From: an uncultured virus (IMG/VR IMGVR_UViG_3300029953_000019)
Lineage: Duplodnaviria > Heunggongvirae > Uroviricota > Caudoviricetes
Virus record (IMG/VR): IMGVR_UViG_3300029953_000019
Length of the DNA: 64,000 bases
Reading direction: 5' to 3' (one strand)
A program made the position numbers and the translations under genes. Positions 49,144-59,133 of this stretch are shown here, piece after piece. Each line of letters begins with the position of its first letter. Within the stretch, counting starts at the first letter, position 1. A model generated the notes under the pieces. It was given only the letters and a program-made list of their open reading frames with translations. It was not told where the DNA came from and did no database searches.

Positions 49144-49630
49144 TATCTTGTAAATATTTAATAGCATTTAATAACGTTTGTGGATTTTCATAAGCAAATC
49201 CTAATAAGTGATTACATTTACTATGCAAAACACCACGTATTTTGCTGGTTATGTGGTCATGATCTAGATGGGTATGCCTAGTATTAACAAGATCTAATGG
49301 TTGTTCACAAATAGGACATTTATTATCTTGTGCTTTAAGTAGACTATTATATTCTTCTAGCGTAATACCAAATCTTCTTTTTAGATCATTATTCCTACGT
49401 CTTAATTTATTTTCAGGTTTAGCATCATAGTCTATATTATAATGTGTTATACAGAGACCTAAATGTTTAACTGGGAAATTACAACCTGCTCTTATACATA
49501 CTTTTGGTTTTTCTGGTTTTATAGGTAATTCTAGTGTTCCGTGTTTCTTAAGTCTATAGTAATGTTTTTGGCAATATCCATTACTATTTACATTTTTATC
49601 ACAGTCTTCAACCTTACATTTGCTTGGCAT
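49136..49630 (-). CDS. Endonuclease VII-family protein with two N-terminal Zn-finger repeats
   Basis: C..C..GYCQKHY repeats; CPIC..HLDHDH..RGVLHSKCN. Confidence 0.8.
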   Translation of the reverse strand: MPSKCKVEDCDKNVNSNGYCQKHYYRLKKHGTLELPIKPEKPKVCIRAGCNFPVKHLGLCITHYNIDYDAKPENKLRRRNNDLKRRFGITLEEYNSLLKAQDNKCPICEQPLDLVNTRHTHLDHDHITSKIRGVLHSKCNHLLGFAYENPQTLLNAIKYLQDNE

Positions 49631-49711
49631 AATTCTCTAATATATCTAATTATATAATTAAGTCAAATAATATAATGAAAGAAGAAGGCTTTGAAATTAA
49701 TACTAATACCT

Positions 49712-49749
49712 AAAAATAAGAAGGGTGGTTAAACTTAATTAACCACCCT
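49712..49749 (-). terminator. Rho-independent terminator
   Basis: Perfect 11-bp stem AGGGTGGTTAA/TTAACCACCCT then TCTTATTTTT. Confidence 0.65.
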
Positions 49750-49776
49750 CAATATATGAATAATCAATCAACCAAC

Positions 49777-50172
49777 CTATTCGTCAACCAAAGTTCTAGC
49801 ACTATAACCGAAAGCAGCTTCCATTACGGGGTCGTAGGATTCAGCAGTTTTAGGTCTAGCCGCAATTCTAGCAGGTTTACCTATTTGCGCCACATCACTA
49901 GCAGCACAAACCTTTTCGAGTGTCCTTATTATATAGATAGGATCTTCCATAGCTTTTTTAACAAAGCTTCTCTTCTCATGTTCCCCACTCAAAAAATCAC
50001 TATCATATAAAACATCAGCAACCTTATTCAAAGCCATCTTATATTTTTCTTTATTTAATTCTTGAACGGTAGCAGCTTTTATTTGATTCAACAATCTATC
50101 TTGCAAATCTTCATTTACTTCTATAGCTAACTTAATAAAGGATGCCGCTTGATGTAAAAAATTATTATCCAT
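49777..50172 (-). CDS. Head-region protein
   Basis: Helical, FIKLA motif. Confidence 0.65.
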   Translation of the reverse strand: MDNNFLHQAASFIKLAIEVNEDLQDRLLNQIKAATVQELNKEKYKMALNKVADVLYDSDFLSGEHEKRSFVKKAMEDPIYIIRTLEKVCAASDVAQIGKPARIAARPKTAESYDPVMEAAFGYSARTLVDE

Positions 50173-50329
50173 TAGCTTGTTTAGATAGATGTTTTACTGC
50201 ACTTATATAATCGATTACCTTTAACTTTTCTTTATCTGGGAGTTTATCCAGACTATTGCTATTAACTTTGCTAGAAGTAGGTTTATTTACTTCTAGCTTA
50301 GTCTGAAGTTTATTTAACAGAGAAGGCAT
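50165..50329 (-). CDS. 54-aa protein (not in ORF track)
   Basis: MPSLLNKLQ...HLSKQANG, overlaps both neighbours. Confidence 0.5.
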   Translation of the reverse strand: MPSLLNKLQTKLEVNKPTSSKVNSNSLDKLPDKEKLKVIDYISAVKHLSKQANG

Positions 50330-51495
50330 TATTTAGCAGACTCAGTCTTAAGTCTAGCAATAACTTCTTCCACTACTCTACCACCCCAGGAAGCAAATTT
50401 AGCATCAAGTTTAGCTTCTTCTGCCTGCTTCTCAATAGTAGTTTCATAATGAGCTACCTTGTCAGCCAGTTCTTTAGCTTTCTTTTCAGCTGCATACTTC
50501 TCATTAGTCAAAGCATTAACCTTCTGTTCAAATGCAGCCTTGATTTGATTAGCTTGTTCTTCTTCCTGTGCCTGCTTCAAAAGAGCATAGAACGCTTGGG
50601 CACCGGCTTCTTCTGCCTGCTTAACTTGCTGTTCTTCTGCCTGTTTCTGGAGTTGAGCATCATTAACATTAGCTTGCTTAGTAACAGGTTTAGGAGCAAC
50701 TACTTTATTCTCATTTTCTAGTTCAGCCGCAGCAGTAGCAATAAGAGCTTCGAAGTCTCTCCTACCCGCTTCCTTATAGATATTAGCATCTACACTAGCA
50801 GTCTTACTCTTCAAGAATTCACGAGCAAACTGTCTACCCAACTCAAAGCTAGCTTCCTTATCCAATTCAAGTTCTTCAGCATTCTTAATAGCCTTGTCAT
50901 TACCTTTTTCCTGCTTAAATTCTTGAGGATTGTGTTCGGGATGACCTTCCTTATTCTTATTAACCTTCTCAGTCTCTTTACTAACAGAGACGTAATGTGT
51001 ATCAGCAGAGGGTTTACCGGTAGCCTTACCAGCTTCACCTGACTTCTGCATCTCATTAATAGTATCTAACAATTGCTGACCTAACTGAGCCAACTTTTCA
51101 TTAGCGCCAGATTCAGCAGCCATTTTCTTACCTTCATGTTGCATAATTGTAGTAGGAGCTTCTTCTTTAGCTACTTCAGCAGGCTTAGTATTAGGAACCG
51201 CACATTCTTCTTTCTTGGCTTCCTTGGCAATTTCCGCTACTTTTTCAGGTTCAGGAGTAGGAGTGGCTTCAGCATTCTTAATAGCCTTGTCATTACCCAT
51301 CTCTTGTTTAAACTCTTGAGGATTATGTTCGGGGTGACCTTCTTTATTCTTGTCTACCTTTTCATGTTCCTTGCTTACTTCTGTATAATGTGTATCAGCT
51401 CCAGGCTTACCTGTAGCTACTCCTGCAGTGGCTTCTTTCTTGATCATAGTATTAAGTTGTTCTAGAAAGGCTGCATTCTTAGTAATTTTACCCAT
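50329..51495 (-). CDS. Capsid scaffold-like protein
   Basis: Glu/Lys/Ala-rich coiled coil, internal ~50-aa duplication, many KxA sites. Confidence 0.65.
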   Translation of the reverse strand: MGKITKNAAFLEQLNTMIKKEATAGVATGKPGADTHYTEVSKEHEKVDKNKEGHPEHNPQEFKQEMGNDKAIKNAEATPTPEPEKVAEIAKEAKKEECAVPNTKPAEVAKEEAPTTIMQHEGKKMAAESGANEKLAQLGQQLLDTINEMQKSGEAGKATGKPSADTHYVSVSKETEKVNKNKEGHPEHNPQEFKQEKGNDKAIKNAEELELDKEASFELGRQFAREFLKSKTASVDANIYKEAGRRDFEALIATAAAELENENKVVAPKPVTKQANVNDAQLQKQAEEQQVKQAEEAGAQAFYALLKQAQEEEQANQIKAAFEQKVNALTNEKYAAEKKAKELADKVAHYETTIEKQAEEAKLDAKFASWGGRVVEEVIARLKTESAK

Positions 51496-51537
51496 AATTA
51501 TTATTGGTTAGTGGTTATTAGTTATTATCTAGCTTTA

Positions 51538-52338
51538 TTAGGAGGGACCTTGGGGACCAGCTGGCATTGGAGGCATTGCACCAGGACCTCCTGGGGGTGC
51601 TCCGGCAGGACCTGCTCCGGCTGGACTTGGTCCACCACCTTGGCCACTAATTGCAGCTAAAAGACTTTGAATTATTTGTTGCTGTTCTTCAGGAGGCAAG
51701 CTTTGAAGCATCTGCATAATTTGTGCAGTTTCAGCATCAGCACCTGGAGCACCTTGGCTAGGATCACTACCAGGACCACTAGGACCACCAGGACTTGGAG
51801 GTGCACCAGCAGAAGGATCACTAGGAGGAGCACCGGCACCAGCATCAGGAGGTTGCTTAAACATTCCGGTACTATCATCTGAACCATGTGCTTGCTTCTC
51901 TCTATCAACAACATCAACTAAAAGTGAAACAGCTTCATCTTGACTTAGACCAGCTTGTTTAGCCATACCAATAAACCCTTCAGCATATTGGCTGAGTCTT
52001 GGGTCATTAGCGATGGCATTAACCTTAGACATAAATGCCAACTTAGTATTGGTGGCATCTAGAGCAGTCTTGGTGAATTGCAAAGCTTGGGCAACATTAG
52101 CACCATTCATAAATGCTTCATTAAGAATACCATTTACATAACTAATCGAAGAAGCATTCTTTTCCATTCCAGCATTCTTAAGTAAACTATCTACAATATC
52201 TAGTTTAGGAGCAGCTGCAGTTTTTGTTTGTCTACTAGCAATTTGAGAGGCCTTGTTTAGAAGGGCGGCAATGTTTTGTTGAGGTACACCATTAGCCAAA
52301 GCTTGCTTAGTGAACTCTTGGACGTATAAATTATTCAT
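51538..52338 (-). CDS. Head-region protein with Pro/Gly-rich tail
   Basis: FTKQA repeats, low-complexity C-terminus. Confidence 0.7.
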   Translation of the reverse strand: MNNLYVQEFTKQALANGVPQQNIAALLNKASQIASRQTKTAAAPKLDIVDSLLKNAGMEKNASSISYVNGILNEAFMNGANVAQALQFTKTALDATNTKLAFMSKVNAIANDPRLSQYAEGFIGMAKQAGLSQDEAVSLLVDVVDREKQAHGSDDSTGMFKQPPDAGAGAPPSDPSAGAPPSPGGPSGPGSDPSQGAPGADAETAQIMQMLQSLPPEEQQQIIQSLLAAISGQGGGPSPAGAGPAGAPPGGPGAMPPMPAGPQGPS

Positions 52339-52360
52339 GATATCCTGTGTTGTTATAATT

Positions 52361-52389
52361 ATAATATGTTAAATTGATTAAATCGTCAA
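52361..52389 (-). promoter_or_regulatory. Sigma70-like promoter
   Basis: TTGACG-17nt-TATTAT. Confidence 0.5.
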
Positions 52390-52401
52390 CTATTTAGTAT
52401 C

Positions 52402-53274
52402 TTAAGGACCGTGGTTTATAGCACCATTAATTACGTTAGTTTCATCTTGATTAGGCTTTGGTGCATTGAATGCTCCATCAGTTAAGGCAGACAAAGGACC
52501 ATGACTACCACCAGGAGCACTAGAAGGTAATTCTTGTTGGCCTAATAGTTTAGCTAGTACATGTGGGTCAATTGAAGCACCACCTAATCCACCCAAACCA
52601 GCTCCAGTCAATCCACCTAGTAAAGCTCCACTACCTCTATGTTCTTTCCCACCAGCCATAGCTCCTAAACTAGCTCCACCCAATCCACCACCTATAGCAC
52701 CAGCAGCTTCAGGGTGTTGAGCTATTAATTGTTGTAATTGATGCATATCAAAGGCGTGCTTCAATAATTTAACAGCTAATAGAGGTTGTACTCCGTTAGT
52801 CAGTGCAGTCTTTATAAATCCTCTATCAAATGCTTCTTTGTTCATGTCTTTAAGTGCTTCAGGTTTAACTATCTCTTTAATTAGTTTCTTATCTTCTTGT
52901 TCATCTCCATGTCCGATACACTCAGGACATTTACCACATTCACAACTACCTCGCTTAACATCAATACCGGTCATGTCTTTGAATTTTTCTGGAGAATAGT
53001 GCCCATTAATATTGTTGATGTTATTACGATATTCTTCATACCAGCCTGCTCGCTTTTCTTTATTCATCTGTTTCTTAATAGTTTTAAGTATTTCTGCTCT
53101 TTTAGGCAGTGATTTATCTATATGTCCTCTTCCCATAAAATGTTCTACAGAGCTTGGTTTCAGTTCGTGCGCAACTTCTTCTACTTTAGGATAGCCTTTA
53201 CCACTAGCTTCACCCTTTTGAACTGCATGCACAAAATTAAAGAACTTTTCTTGTTTCTGACTAGTACTAGGCAT
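52402..53274 (-). CDS. Head-region protein with glycine zipper
   Basis: MPSTSQKQ N-terminus, GFIKTA, GxxxG repeats. Confidence 0.7.
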   Translation of the reverse strand: MPSTSQKQEKFFNFVHAVQKGEASGKGYPKVEEVAHELKPSSVEHFMGRGHIDKSLPKRAEILKTIKKQMNKEKRAGWYEEYRNNINNINGHYSPEKFKDMTGIDVKRGSCECGKCPECIGHGDEQEDKKLIKEIVKPEALKDMNKEAFDRGFIKTALTNGVQPLLAVKLLKHAFDMHQLQQLIAQHPEAAGAIGGGLGGASLGAMAGGKEHRGSGALLGGLTGAGLGGLGGASIDPHVLAKLLGQQELPSSAPGGSHGPLSALTDGAFNAPKPNQDETNVINGAINHGP

Positions 53275-53315
53275 ATTGTTAATTGTAAGTGATATCTTTA
53301 ATCATTTTAACTTAT

Positions 53316-53726
53316 TTATATATTATTACAAGCTGATAAATGTGTTAATATATCTTCTGCAACTTTATCAAACTCTTTTAGTATGGCAGAACCTTTATAT
53401 CTTAGAACAATATAATTTAACTTTTGTAATCTACTATTTATCCTGGCATCACGAAATCTTCTTTTAGCTCCTGAATGCCATCTATCTCCATCACAATAAA
53501 TCAATACATTATTATCTAAAACAAAGTCAGGAACAGAAATATTCTTTATACTTACTTGAGATTTAAAGTTTATATTTTGTTTCTCCAACCATTCTCTCAT
53601 CTTCTTCTCTATATCAGTTTCATGGTGATGGCTAGCTATGTAGAATAGAGAACCACATTTTCTAGAACAGTAGTTTTTCCATCTACCTTTTAATACTTTA
53701 CCACAATTTTTACATTTAAGTTCCAT
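53316..53726 (-). CDS. Vsr/DUF559-like endonuclease with Zn ribbon
   Basis: CKNCG..YCSRKC; PDF..CDGDRWH..RD motifs. Confidence 0.75.
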   Translation of the reverse strand: MELKCKNCGKVLKGRWKNYCSRKCGSLFYIASHHHETDIEKKMREWLEKQNINFKSQVSIKNISVPDFVLDNNVLIYCDGDRWHSGAKRRFRDARINSRLQKLNYIVLRYKGSAILKEFDKVAEDILTHLSACNNI

Positions 53727-53727
53727 A

Positions 53728-55128
53728 TTACTTCGATTCATGCCAGGCTAGGAATGAGGGTTGGAATAAGGCCCCACTTCTCATCTGCTTACTATATCTT
53801 ACATTAGCTACTCGTCCTAAATAATCTTTAGGATTGTTGTATATATCTTTTCTAGTAGCATCAGTCAATCCACTCGCAACCTCACCTACTACTTTACTTT
53901 TAGGTGTTAAAGAATATTTAACTGCACCCACTCCTTTATTCTTCAATCTACCCTTACCTTCAGAAAATCCTCTAGCATATACATCTCTTTCAATAAAGTT
54001 CTTCAATTTAAAAGGCTCATTATTTTTTCTAGACCAGGCTACCACACCCTCACTAGTCAACTTATTCTTACCTTTAGCTATATCCTGTATCTTCTTAACT
54101 ACATTTTCTCTATCTAGATACGGTACTTCTTCAAATTTATCTTTAGGTAGGTGTTGTAGTATCTCTTGTATTTTAGCTCTTCTATTATCTGGGCCACCTT
54201 TAAATCCTACTATATCAAATATGGCAGCTTTAAGTTTTATCTTTTCCTTCTTCTGTGTATTTAATGACTTCTCAGTACTAGAATTAAGCAGCCCACCTAA
54301 AGTTTGTTCAGGTATAGCTTCACCATTTCTAATACCATATAGTTCACCTCTCAATATAGTACCAACCAATTCATCTGGTATATCCAAGTCTTGTTTATCT
54401 AGTCCGAACATTTTAAGAGTATGTATTATAGGCCTCCCAGTCTTACTAACTCTATAAGATACTACATCTACACTATTTTTATTAAGTCTAAACAAGTTCG
54501 AAGCCCCACTCAATTTAGCTGAGATTAGATGTGTCTTAGATAGTTCTTTTAAGTCTGGATTAGTTAGAGACTTCATTTTTAATTTATTCAATGCTTCTGG
54601 ATTCTTAATATACTTCTTAGCATTGGTAGGACTTGTATTTAATGCCAACCAGTTTTTACCTTTAGTATTGATTAAGGAGAACTGTTCAGGAAACTTTCTA
54701 TGTAATAAGGTGAAGTTAATCTTTTTAGGTTCAGCTTTAGTTACAATAGCACTGCCTGATTCATTGGTGGTTACTTTTCCAGCCCCATATCCACTTTTAA
54801 TCTCTCCTCGAAAATCTGCATATTCTCTAGTATGTAAAGGTTGTTGGATAAATAACCTCTTCTCTCCAGGTTTAGGTAGTCCATGTTTAGATACAAAACT
54901 ATGGAGTTCTTTATCTCCTAATCTAATATCATGGTGAAATCCAGCCTTCCTAGCATAATGATTTTGAACAACGAACTTAAGCTTTTTATAGAGTGGAATA
55001 TCTTTTACATTTCCATAGTTGTTTCTATCTTTAATTCCAGGAGCAAAATCAGCTAGCTTAGTATAAAGAGGAACTCCACCAAATTTGGTGGAGTTCTTTA
55101 TTATATCTCTTAGTACTTCAAAACTCAT
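53728..55128 (-). CDS. LigD-type 3'-phosphoesterase fused to ATP-dependent DNA ligase
   Basis: FVVQNH.A..H.D.RL and YGAG (PE domain); KLSG, RGE, FDI, EGVV ligase motifs; OB-like C-terminus. Confidence 0.75.
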   Translation of the reverse strand: MSFEVLRDIIKNSTKFGGVPLYTKLADFAPGIKDRNNYGNVKDIPLYKKLKFVVQNHYARKAGFHHDIRLGDKELHSFVSKHGLPKPGEKRLFIQQPLHTREYADFRGEIKSGYGAGKVTTNESGSAIVTKAEPKKINFTLLHRKFPEQFSLINTKGKNWLALNTSPTNAKKYIKNPEALNKLKMKSLTNPDLKELSKTHLISAKLSGASNLFRLNKNSVDVVSYRVSKTGRPIIHTLKMFGLDKQDLDIPDELVGTILRGELYGIRNGEAIPEQTLGGLLNSSTEKSLNTQKKEKIKLKAAIFDIVGFKGGPDNRRAKIQEILQHLPKDKFEEVPYLDRENVVKKIQDIAKGKNKLTSEGVVAWSRKNNEPFKLKNFIERDVYARGFSEGKGRLKNKGVGAVKYSLTPKSKVVGEVASGLTDATRKDIYNNPKDYLGRVANVRYSKQMRSGALFQPSFLAWHESK

Positions 55129-55271
55129 TTAATATATTGTTTAAGCCAACCAGCCCTCTTATTATATAGTTTGTTAGTGAAGTTATTATCTATACCTAAT
55201 TCTGCAGCAGCTTTGAAGAAACCAGCTTTGAATGCTATTTTTATTTTATTTTCTTTAACTGACTTATTCAT
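55125..55271 (-). CDS. 48-aa GFxKxA-motif protein (not in ORF track)
   Basis: MNKSVK..AFKAGFFKAAAE..KRAGW; ATGA overlap with ligase. Confidence 0.6.
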   Translation of the reverse strand: MNKSVKENKIKIAFKAGFFKAAAELGIDNNFTNKLYNKRAGWLKQYIK

Positions 55272-55276
55272 AGAGT

Positions 55277-55939
55277 TTAACCCATCCTTGCACCAATCAT
55301 ATCACCAAAAGGCAAAGCAGTGAGATAAGGATGTTCATTCTTCATTTTAAGTGCCCTATGTTGTGATTCATTAGTAGTATTATTTGTAATATATTTGTTT
55401 ATTGCACCACCCAAACCTCCGCCCAAACCTCCAACCAAACCTCCAACACCAGTACCAATTAAGGCTCCTACTCCACCATTCATTAGCATTTCTTTTGTGT
55501 TTAGTATTTCGGGGTCAGGCCCAACGTGGCTACCTGCATATCCACCAATAGCAGCACCAGCAAGACCACCTAATAGTGCCATAGGTTTTGCCCATTGTTT
55601 AGCACTATGCCATGTATTTTCACCCGTTGTCCTTGCCTTCATATCTTGCAAACTTTGATTCATCCTTTTCCCTCGTTCATCTTTTTTACCTAAGAAACGG
55701 CTGGCGAACATTTCTGGGGTACCTAACAAACTAACATAAGGAACAGAACCTAACATCATACCAGGAACTGATCTAGCTGGATTATCTACATATGTTTGCG
55801 CAGCTATAGCTTTTTGGGCAAAGTATCTACCTAACCCAGAAGATTCAGCTAATTTGAGTAGTTCTCCTGTCTGTAATAGATTTAATCCATTATCGATAGC
55901 AGCTTTAATGAAACCGTATTTAAAAGATTCTTCATTCAT
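55277..55939 (-). CDS. Head-region glycine-zipper protein
   Basis: GFIKAA N-terminus; two GxxxG hydrophobic segments. Confidence 0.7.
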   Translation of the reverse strand: MNEESFKYGFIKAAIDNGLNLLQTGELLKLAESSGLGRYFAQKAIAAQTYVDNPARSVPGMMLGSVPYVSLLGTPEMFASRFLGKKDERGKRMNQSLQDMKARTTGENTWHSAKQWAKPMALLGGLAGAAIGGYAGSHVGPDPEILNTKEMLMNGGVGALIGTGVGGLVGGLGGGLGGAINKYITNNTTNESQHRALKMKNEHPYLTALPFGDMIGARMG

Positions 55940-55942
55940 AAC

Positions 55943-58501
55943 TTACTGATTCATTAAAATAGTATTAAGTAGAATATCATCAGTTAGCTTACCTTGTTCA
56001 TTAATGTAGTTTAAACTAGCTAGCTGATACTCCGCATACTTCTTTGCAAATTCCAGGTCACATGCTTCTTTAGTAGGTTCTTGTTCTTCTCTCTTAATAT
56101 TCCCACTACCACAAATTACAATCATTAGTCTTCTAACTACTGGACCTTCTTTCAAACTATGCCCTTCCTCCAAACCTTTAACCGTCTTATCCAAATCATG
56201 AGGAGTATGAGTATGCAGGCTAGGATCAAATGTTTCAGAGTTTACAGCCTTATCATTATCCAGCTTATTATAGATATGAGGTAAATGTGTCTTCATTCCT
56301 TCTACTCGCTCAGGCTTAACCTTATCATCAAACACATATCTACTAAAATCCTCAGGCTTTAAAACTATTCCATGATCTGCCAATGTCTTCAATACAGTAC
56401 CTGGATCTAGTTTACGTAATGAATCTATGCTATTACTATCTATATTAGGAGTATGCTTAAGTTTATGTCCATGTTCCTTAATAAACTTATCCTTACTAGT
56501 AACTGGATTACCTTTAGTTACAGCATCCACATACTTTTCTAATTCTGCTAATTTCGTTAGTAATTCCCTTTTATCCGAAGCTTTCTTACTAATCATTAAT
56601 TCATCAGGTATATAAATATCACTGTATAGATTAAGGAAGTGAGAGGGAGGAAGTGGTTTATAAGTTAAATCTGACGCTAGTTTGGATAAGCTCATACCAA
56701 TCCTGTCAGCAGGTCTACGTACATAACTAATCTCAAACCATCTAGGGTCCGGAGTATTAATCATTCGGCACATTTCACCCTCTTTATTAATTTCTCCTAA
56801 ATGATTCTTAACGCAATCACATCTATCATTCTCTGTTTTAGCTCTATGACCACACCAAGAGCATAGGTCAGAGGCCATTTTTGCAGCCATACTCCAATTC
56901 GTATTACCTGTTCGTTCTTGCTCATCTAGAATATCTGCACATTTATCTCTATCCAATCCTACTACTAATTCTATTCTACGCATCTTGTCATTATAAGCTG
57001 AAGCTTTTATAGTTCCATACTTAGGATCATTTGGTTTATTTTGATGATGCCTATGCACAGCTCTTTTACTATCAGAGAAATAATGATGATTTTTGATACA
57101 ATCCTTCTCTAAAAAGCAATCGCCGTTGCGATTGCTATTATGTACTTGGATGTCCACTACATATGTATTATCTTCTTCAACTTCTAGATTATACTTTATT
57201 GTATCTTCTATTTCAGATAGTTCAACCAGTCCAACTTGTAATACTAAATGATTACTACTAATCCAAGATCTACCTGCAAGATATTTTGGTTGTTTACTTG
57301 ATGGAGCTAGTCGAAGAGTATATTGTAGTATTTTATTCGAATGACAACTCCCAACCCCTACAGTATAAATAACATGGTCAGTTTTTCCAAAGCATCCATT
57401 AGAGTGTTTATTCATTCCTTTATAAACATTCGAAGTTATACCACAAGAAGCCAATAACCGATGTAAATCATAAGCTAGATTTCTAGAAGCTGTGGAGGCT
57501 GACATTGAACCTATATATCTGGCTGCTCCATTTGAATCAGGTCCTATAACATGTCCATCACCATCAAAATAAGCAGCTAAGAACTTAAGTTTCCACTCAA
57601 TAGATTGCTGGAATATTATAGGTGATAAGAATTTTATAGTGGAATGACAACCAAATAGTTTTAGGCATTGTTGGGCTTTTTCATAATTTTGGAACGAAAA
57701 TCTTCTGCCATATTCACTAGTAAATGATTTTTGAATACTAGTTTCGGCCCCATTCAGTTTCTTTATAATAGATTGGATCTTATCAATACAAGGCTGATCC
57801 CCAACCGCCATAGTAAACAGGATTTTTGTATACTCACCACAATGACTTCTATCTTCTCTATATTCTTTCGCCAAACATCCTTCAGCTAAGTAATAACCAA
57901 ACAAATAAGCATCATCTTCAGAAAATACTTCTTTTTTATCTTCATTATCTATATTAATAGGAGTTAATACATAATCTCCAGGTTTAATCTCACTAGCTGG
58001 AATATAGGGGGCTTTGCTTATAATATCATCCAATACATCTTTGGGATTCACACCATCATCTAATAATGAAGGACAGCGATGTTTAGTTCTAAAATCTACA
58101 GCTTTAATTACTTGTATAGGATGATTATCAGTGCATTCTATTCTATCACACAGACTAACAATATCTAATGATACTTTAACTCCACTAAAATCATTTTCGT
58201 AGGTTTTTAGCACTTTTCTATATCTGCCTTTATGTGTAAGTACTAAATCTCCAACTTTTATATCTTCTATAGGTTTTATACCATTGATAGTTTGTACTGG
58301 TGCTCCTTTAAAGAAACATCCTGTACCTTCATATGATCCTACAGCAATTATATGCAAATCCTCTTGATTTGGAGTCTTTTCGTACTTCAATAATGATTTA
58401 GCAGAAGCCCTCTTCTTTAACTCTTTGCCTGAGTCTTTTAAAAGCACCACACTTTCACAATCAAAATCAAAGTCATTATTACCAGTAAATTTAAGAATCA
58501 T
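55943..58501 (-). CDS. Prohead protease precursor containing an intein
   Basis: Extein motifs NRNGD.F, HRHH, WSM, FEISYVRRPAD. Confidence 0.7.
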   Translation of the reverse strand: MILKFTGNNDFDFDCESVVLLKDSGKELKKRASAKSLLKYEKTPNQEDLHIIAVGSYEGTGCFFKGAPVQTINGIKPIEDIKVGDLVLTHKGRYRKVLKTYENDFSGVKVSLDIVSLCDRIECTDNHPIQVIKAVDFRTKHRCPSLLDDGVNPKDVLDDIISKAPYIPASEIKPGDYVLTPINIDNEDKKEVFSEDDAYLFGYYLAEGCLAKEYREDRSHCGEYTKILFTMAVGDQPCIDKIQSIIKKLNGAETSIQKSFTSEYGRRFSFQNYEKAQQCLKLFGCHSTIKFLSPIIFQQSIEWKLKFLAAYFDGDGHVIGPDSNGAARYIGSMSASTASRNLAYDLHRLLASCGITSNVYKGMNKHSNGCFGKTDHVIYTVGVGSCHSNKILQYTLRLAPSSKQPKYLAGRSWISSNHLVLQVGLVELSEIEDTIKYNLEVEEDNTYVVDIQVHNSNRNGDCFLEKDCIKNHHYFSDSKRAVHRHHQNKPNDPKYGTIKASAYNDKMRRIELVVGLDRDKCADILDEQERTGNTNWSMAAKMASDLCSWCGHRAKTENDRCDCVKNHLGEINKEGEMCRMINTPDPRWFEISYVRRPADRIGMSLSKLASDLTYKPLPPSHFLNLYSDIYIPDELMISKKASDKRELLTKLAELEKYVDAVTKGNPVTSKDKFIKEHGHKLKHTPNIDSNSIDSLRKLDPGTVLKTLADHGIVLKPEDFSRYVFDDKVKPERVEGMKTHLPHIYNKLDNDKAVNSETFDPSLHTHTPHDLDKTVKGLEEGHSLKEGPVVRRLMIVICGSGNIKREEQEPTKEACDLEFAKKYAEYQLASLNYINEQGKLTDDILLNTILMNQ
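57137..58318 (-). mobile_element. Intein (394 aa) with LAGLIDADG homing endonuclease
   Basis: Starts CFFKG, ends YNLEVE..VHN/S; FGYYLAEG and AYFDGDG motifs. Confidence 0.9.
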
Positions 58502-58505
58502 GATA

Positions 58506-59129
58506 TTACTTTAAATTAGCTGCATTCTCTCTTACCGCATTAAGATTGTTAACATCGTTATATCTTTCATCTTGCAGCCCATATTCATGTAGCCCACTAG
58601 ATAATCCATAACCTAAACCTGCACCTAACAAACCTTTAAATGATAACGTCTTTGTAGGATACTTGCCAAATTTGAGTTCTGGAGGAGCACCTTTATATTT
58701 GGCATACCAATGATCTGGATATTTTTCTGTATCTATTTGTTTTCTAGCATATTGTGATAGTCCAGGTAACACTGCCCCTCCACCCAATGAACTTAGTCCT
58801 GGATGTCCTGCCACCCAATCTAAACCACTATGTATCATGCCTTTCTGTTCTGTAGGTTTAGGAGTAGAAGCAGGGTTAAGCAAATCACCTAACCCAGCAG
58901 AAGGATCATGTGATGCTTCTGGATCTAAATAATCTTTGGCAGCGCGCATACCTCCACCAGTAACACCACCTAAAGCACCACCTAATAGCATACTCTTTAA
59001 CAAACTTCTTTTCTTGTGTTCTTCTGGAGATAGTAGATTAGCAGCACCCATACCAACTGCTCCAATTCCAGCACCTACACCTGCACTACTACCCAAACCT
59101 TTAAGTAAATCGATTGTTTGTTGGTCCAT
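58506..59129 (-). CDS. Glycine-zipper protein
   Basis: Several GxxxG segments. Confidence 0.7.
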   Translation of the reverse strand: MDQQTIDLLKGLGSSAGVGAGIGAVGMGAANLLSPEEHKKRSLLKSMLLGGALGGVTGGGMRAAKDYLDPEASHDPSAGLGDLLNPASTPKPTEQKGMIHSGLDWVAGHPGLSSLGGGAVLPGLSQYARKQIDTEKYPDHWYAKYKGAPPELKFGKYPTKTLSFKGLLGAGLGYGLSSGLHEYGLQDERYNDVNNLNAVRENAANLK

Positions 59130-59133
59130 AAAA

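Noticed and set aside
53834..54937. Long plus-strand ORFs antisense to the ligase
   Set aside because: Antisense shadows with no motifs.
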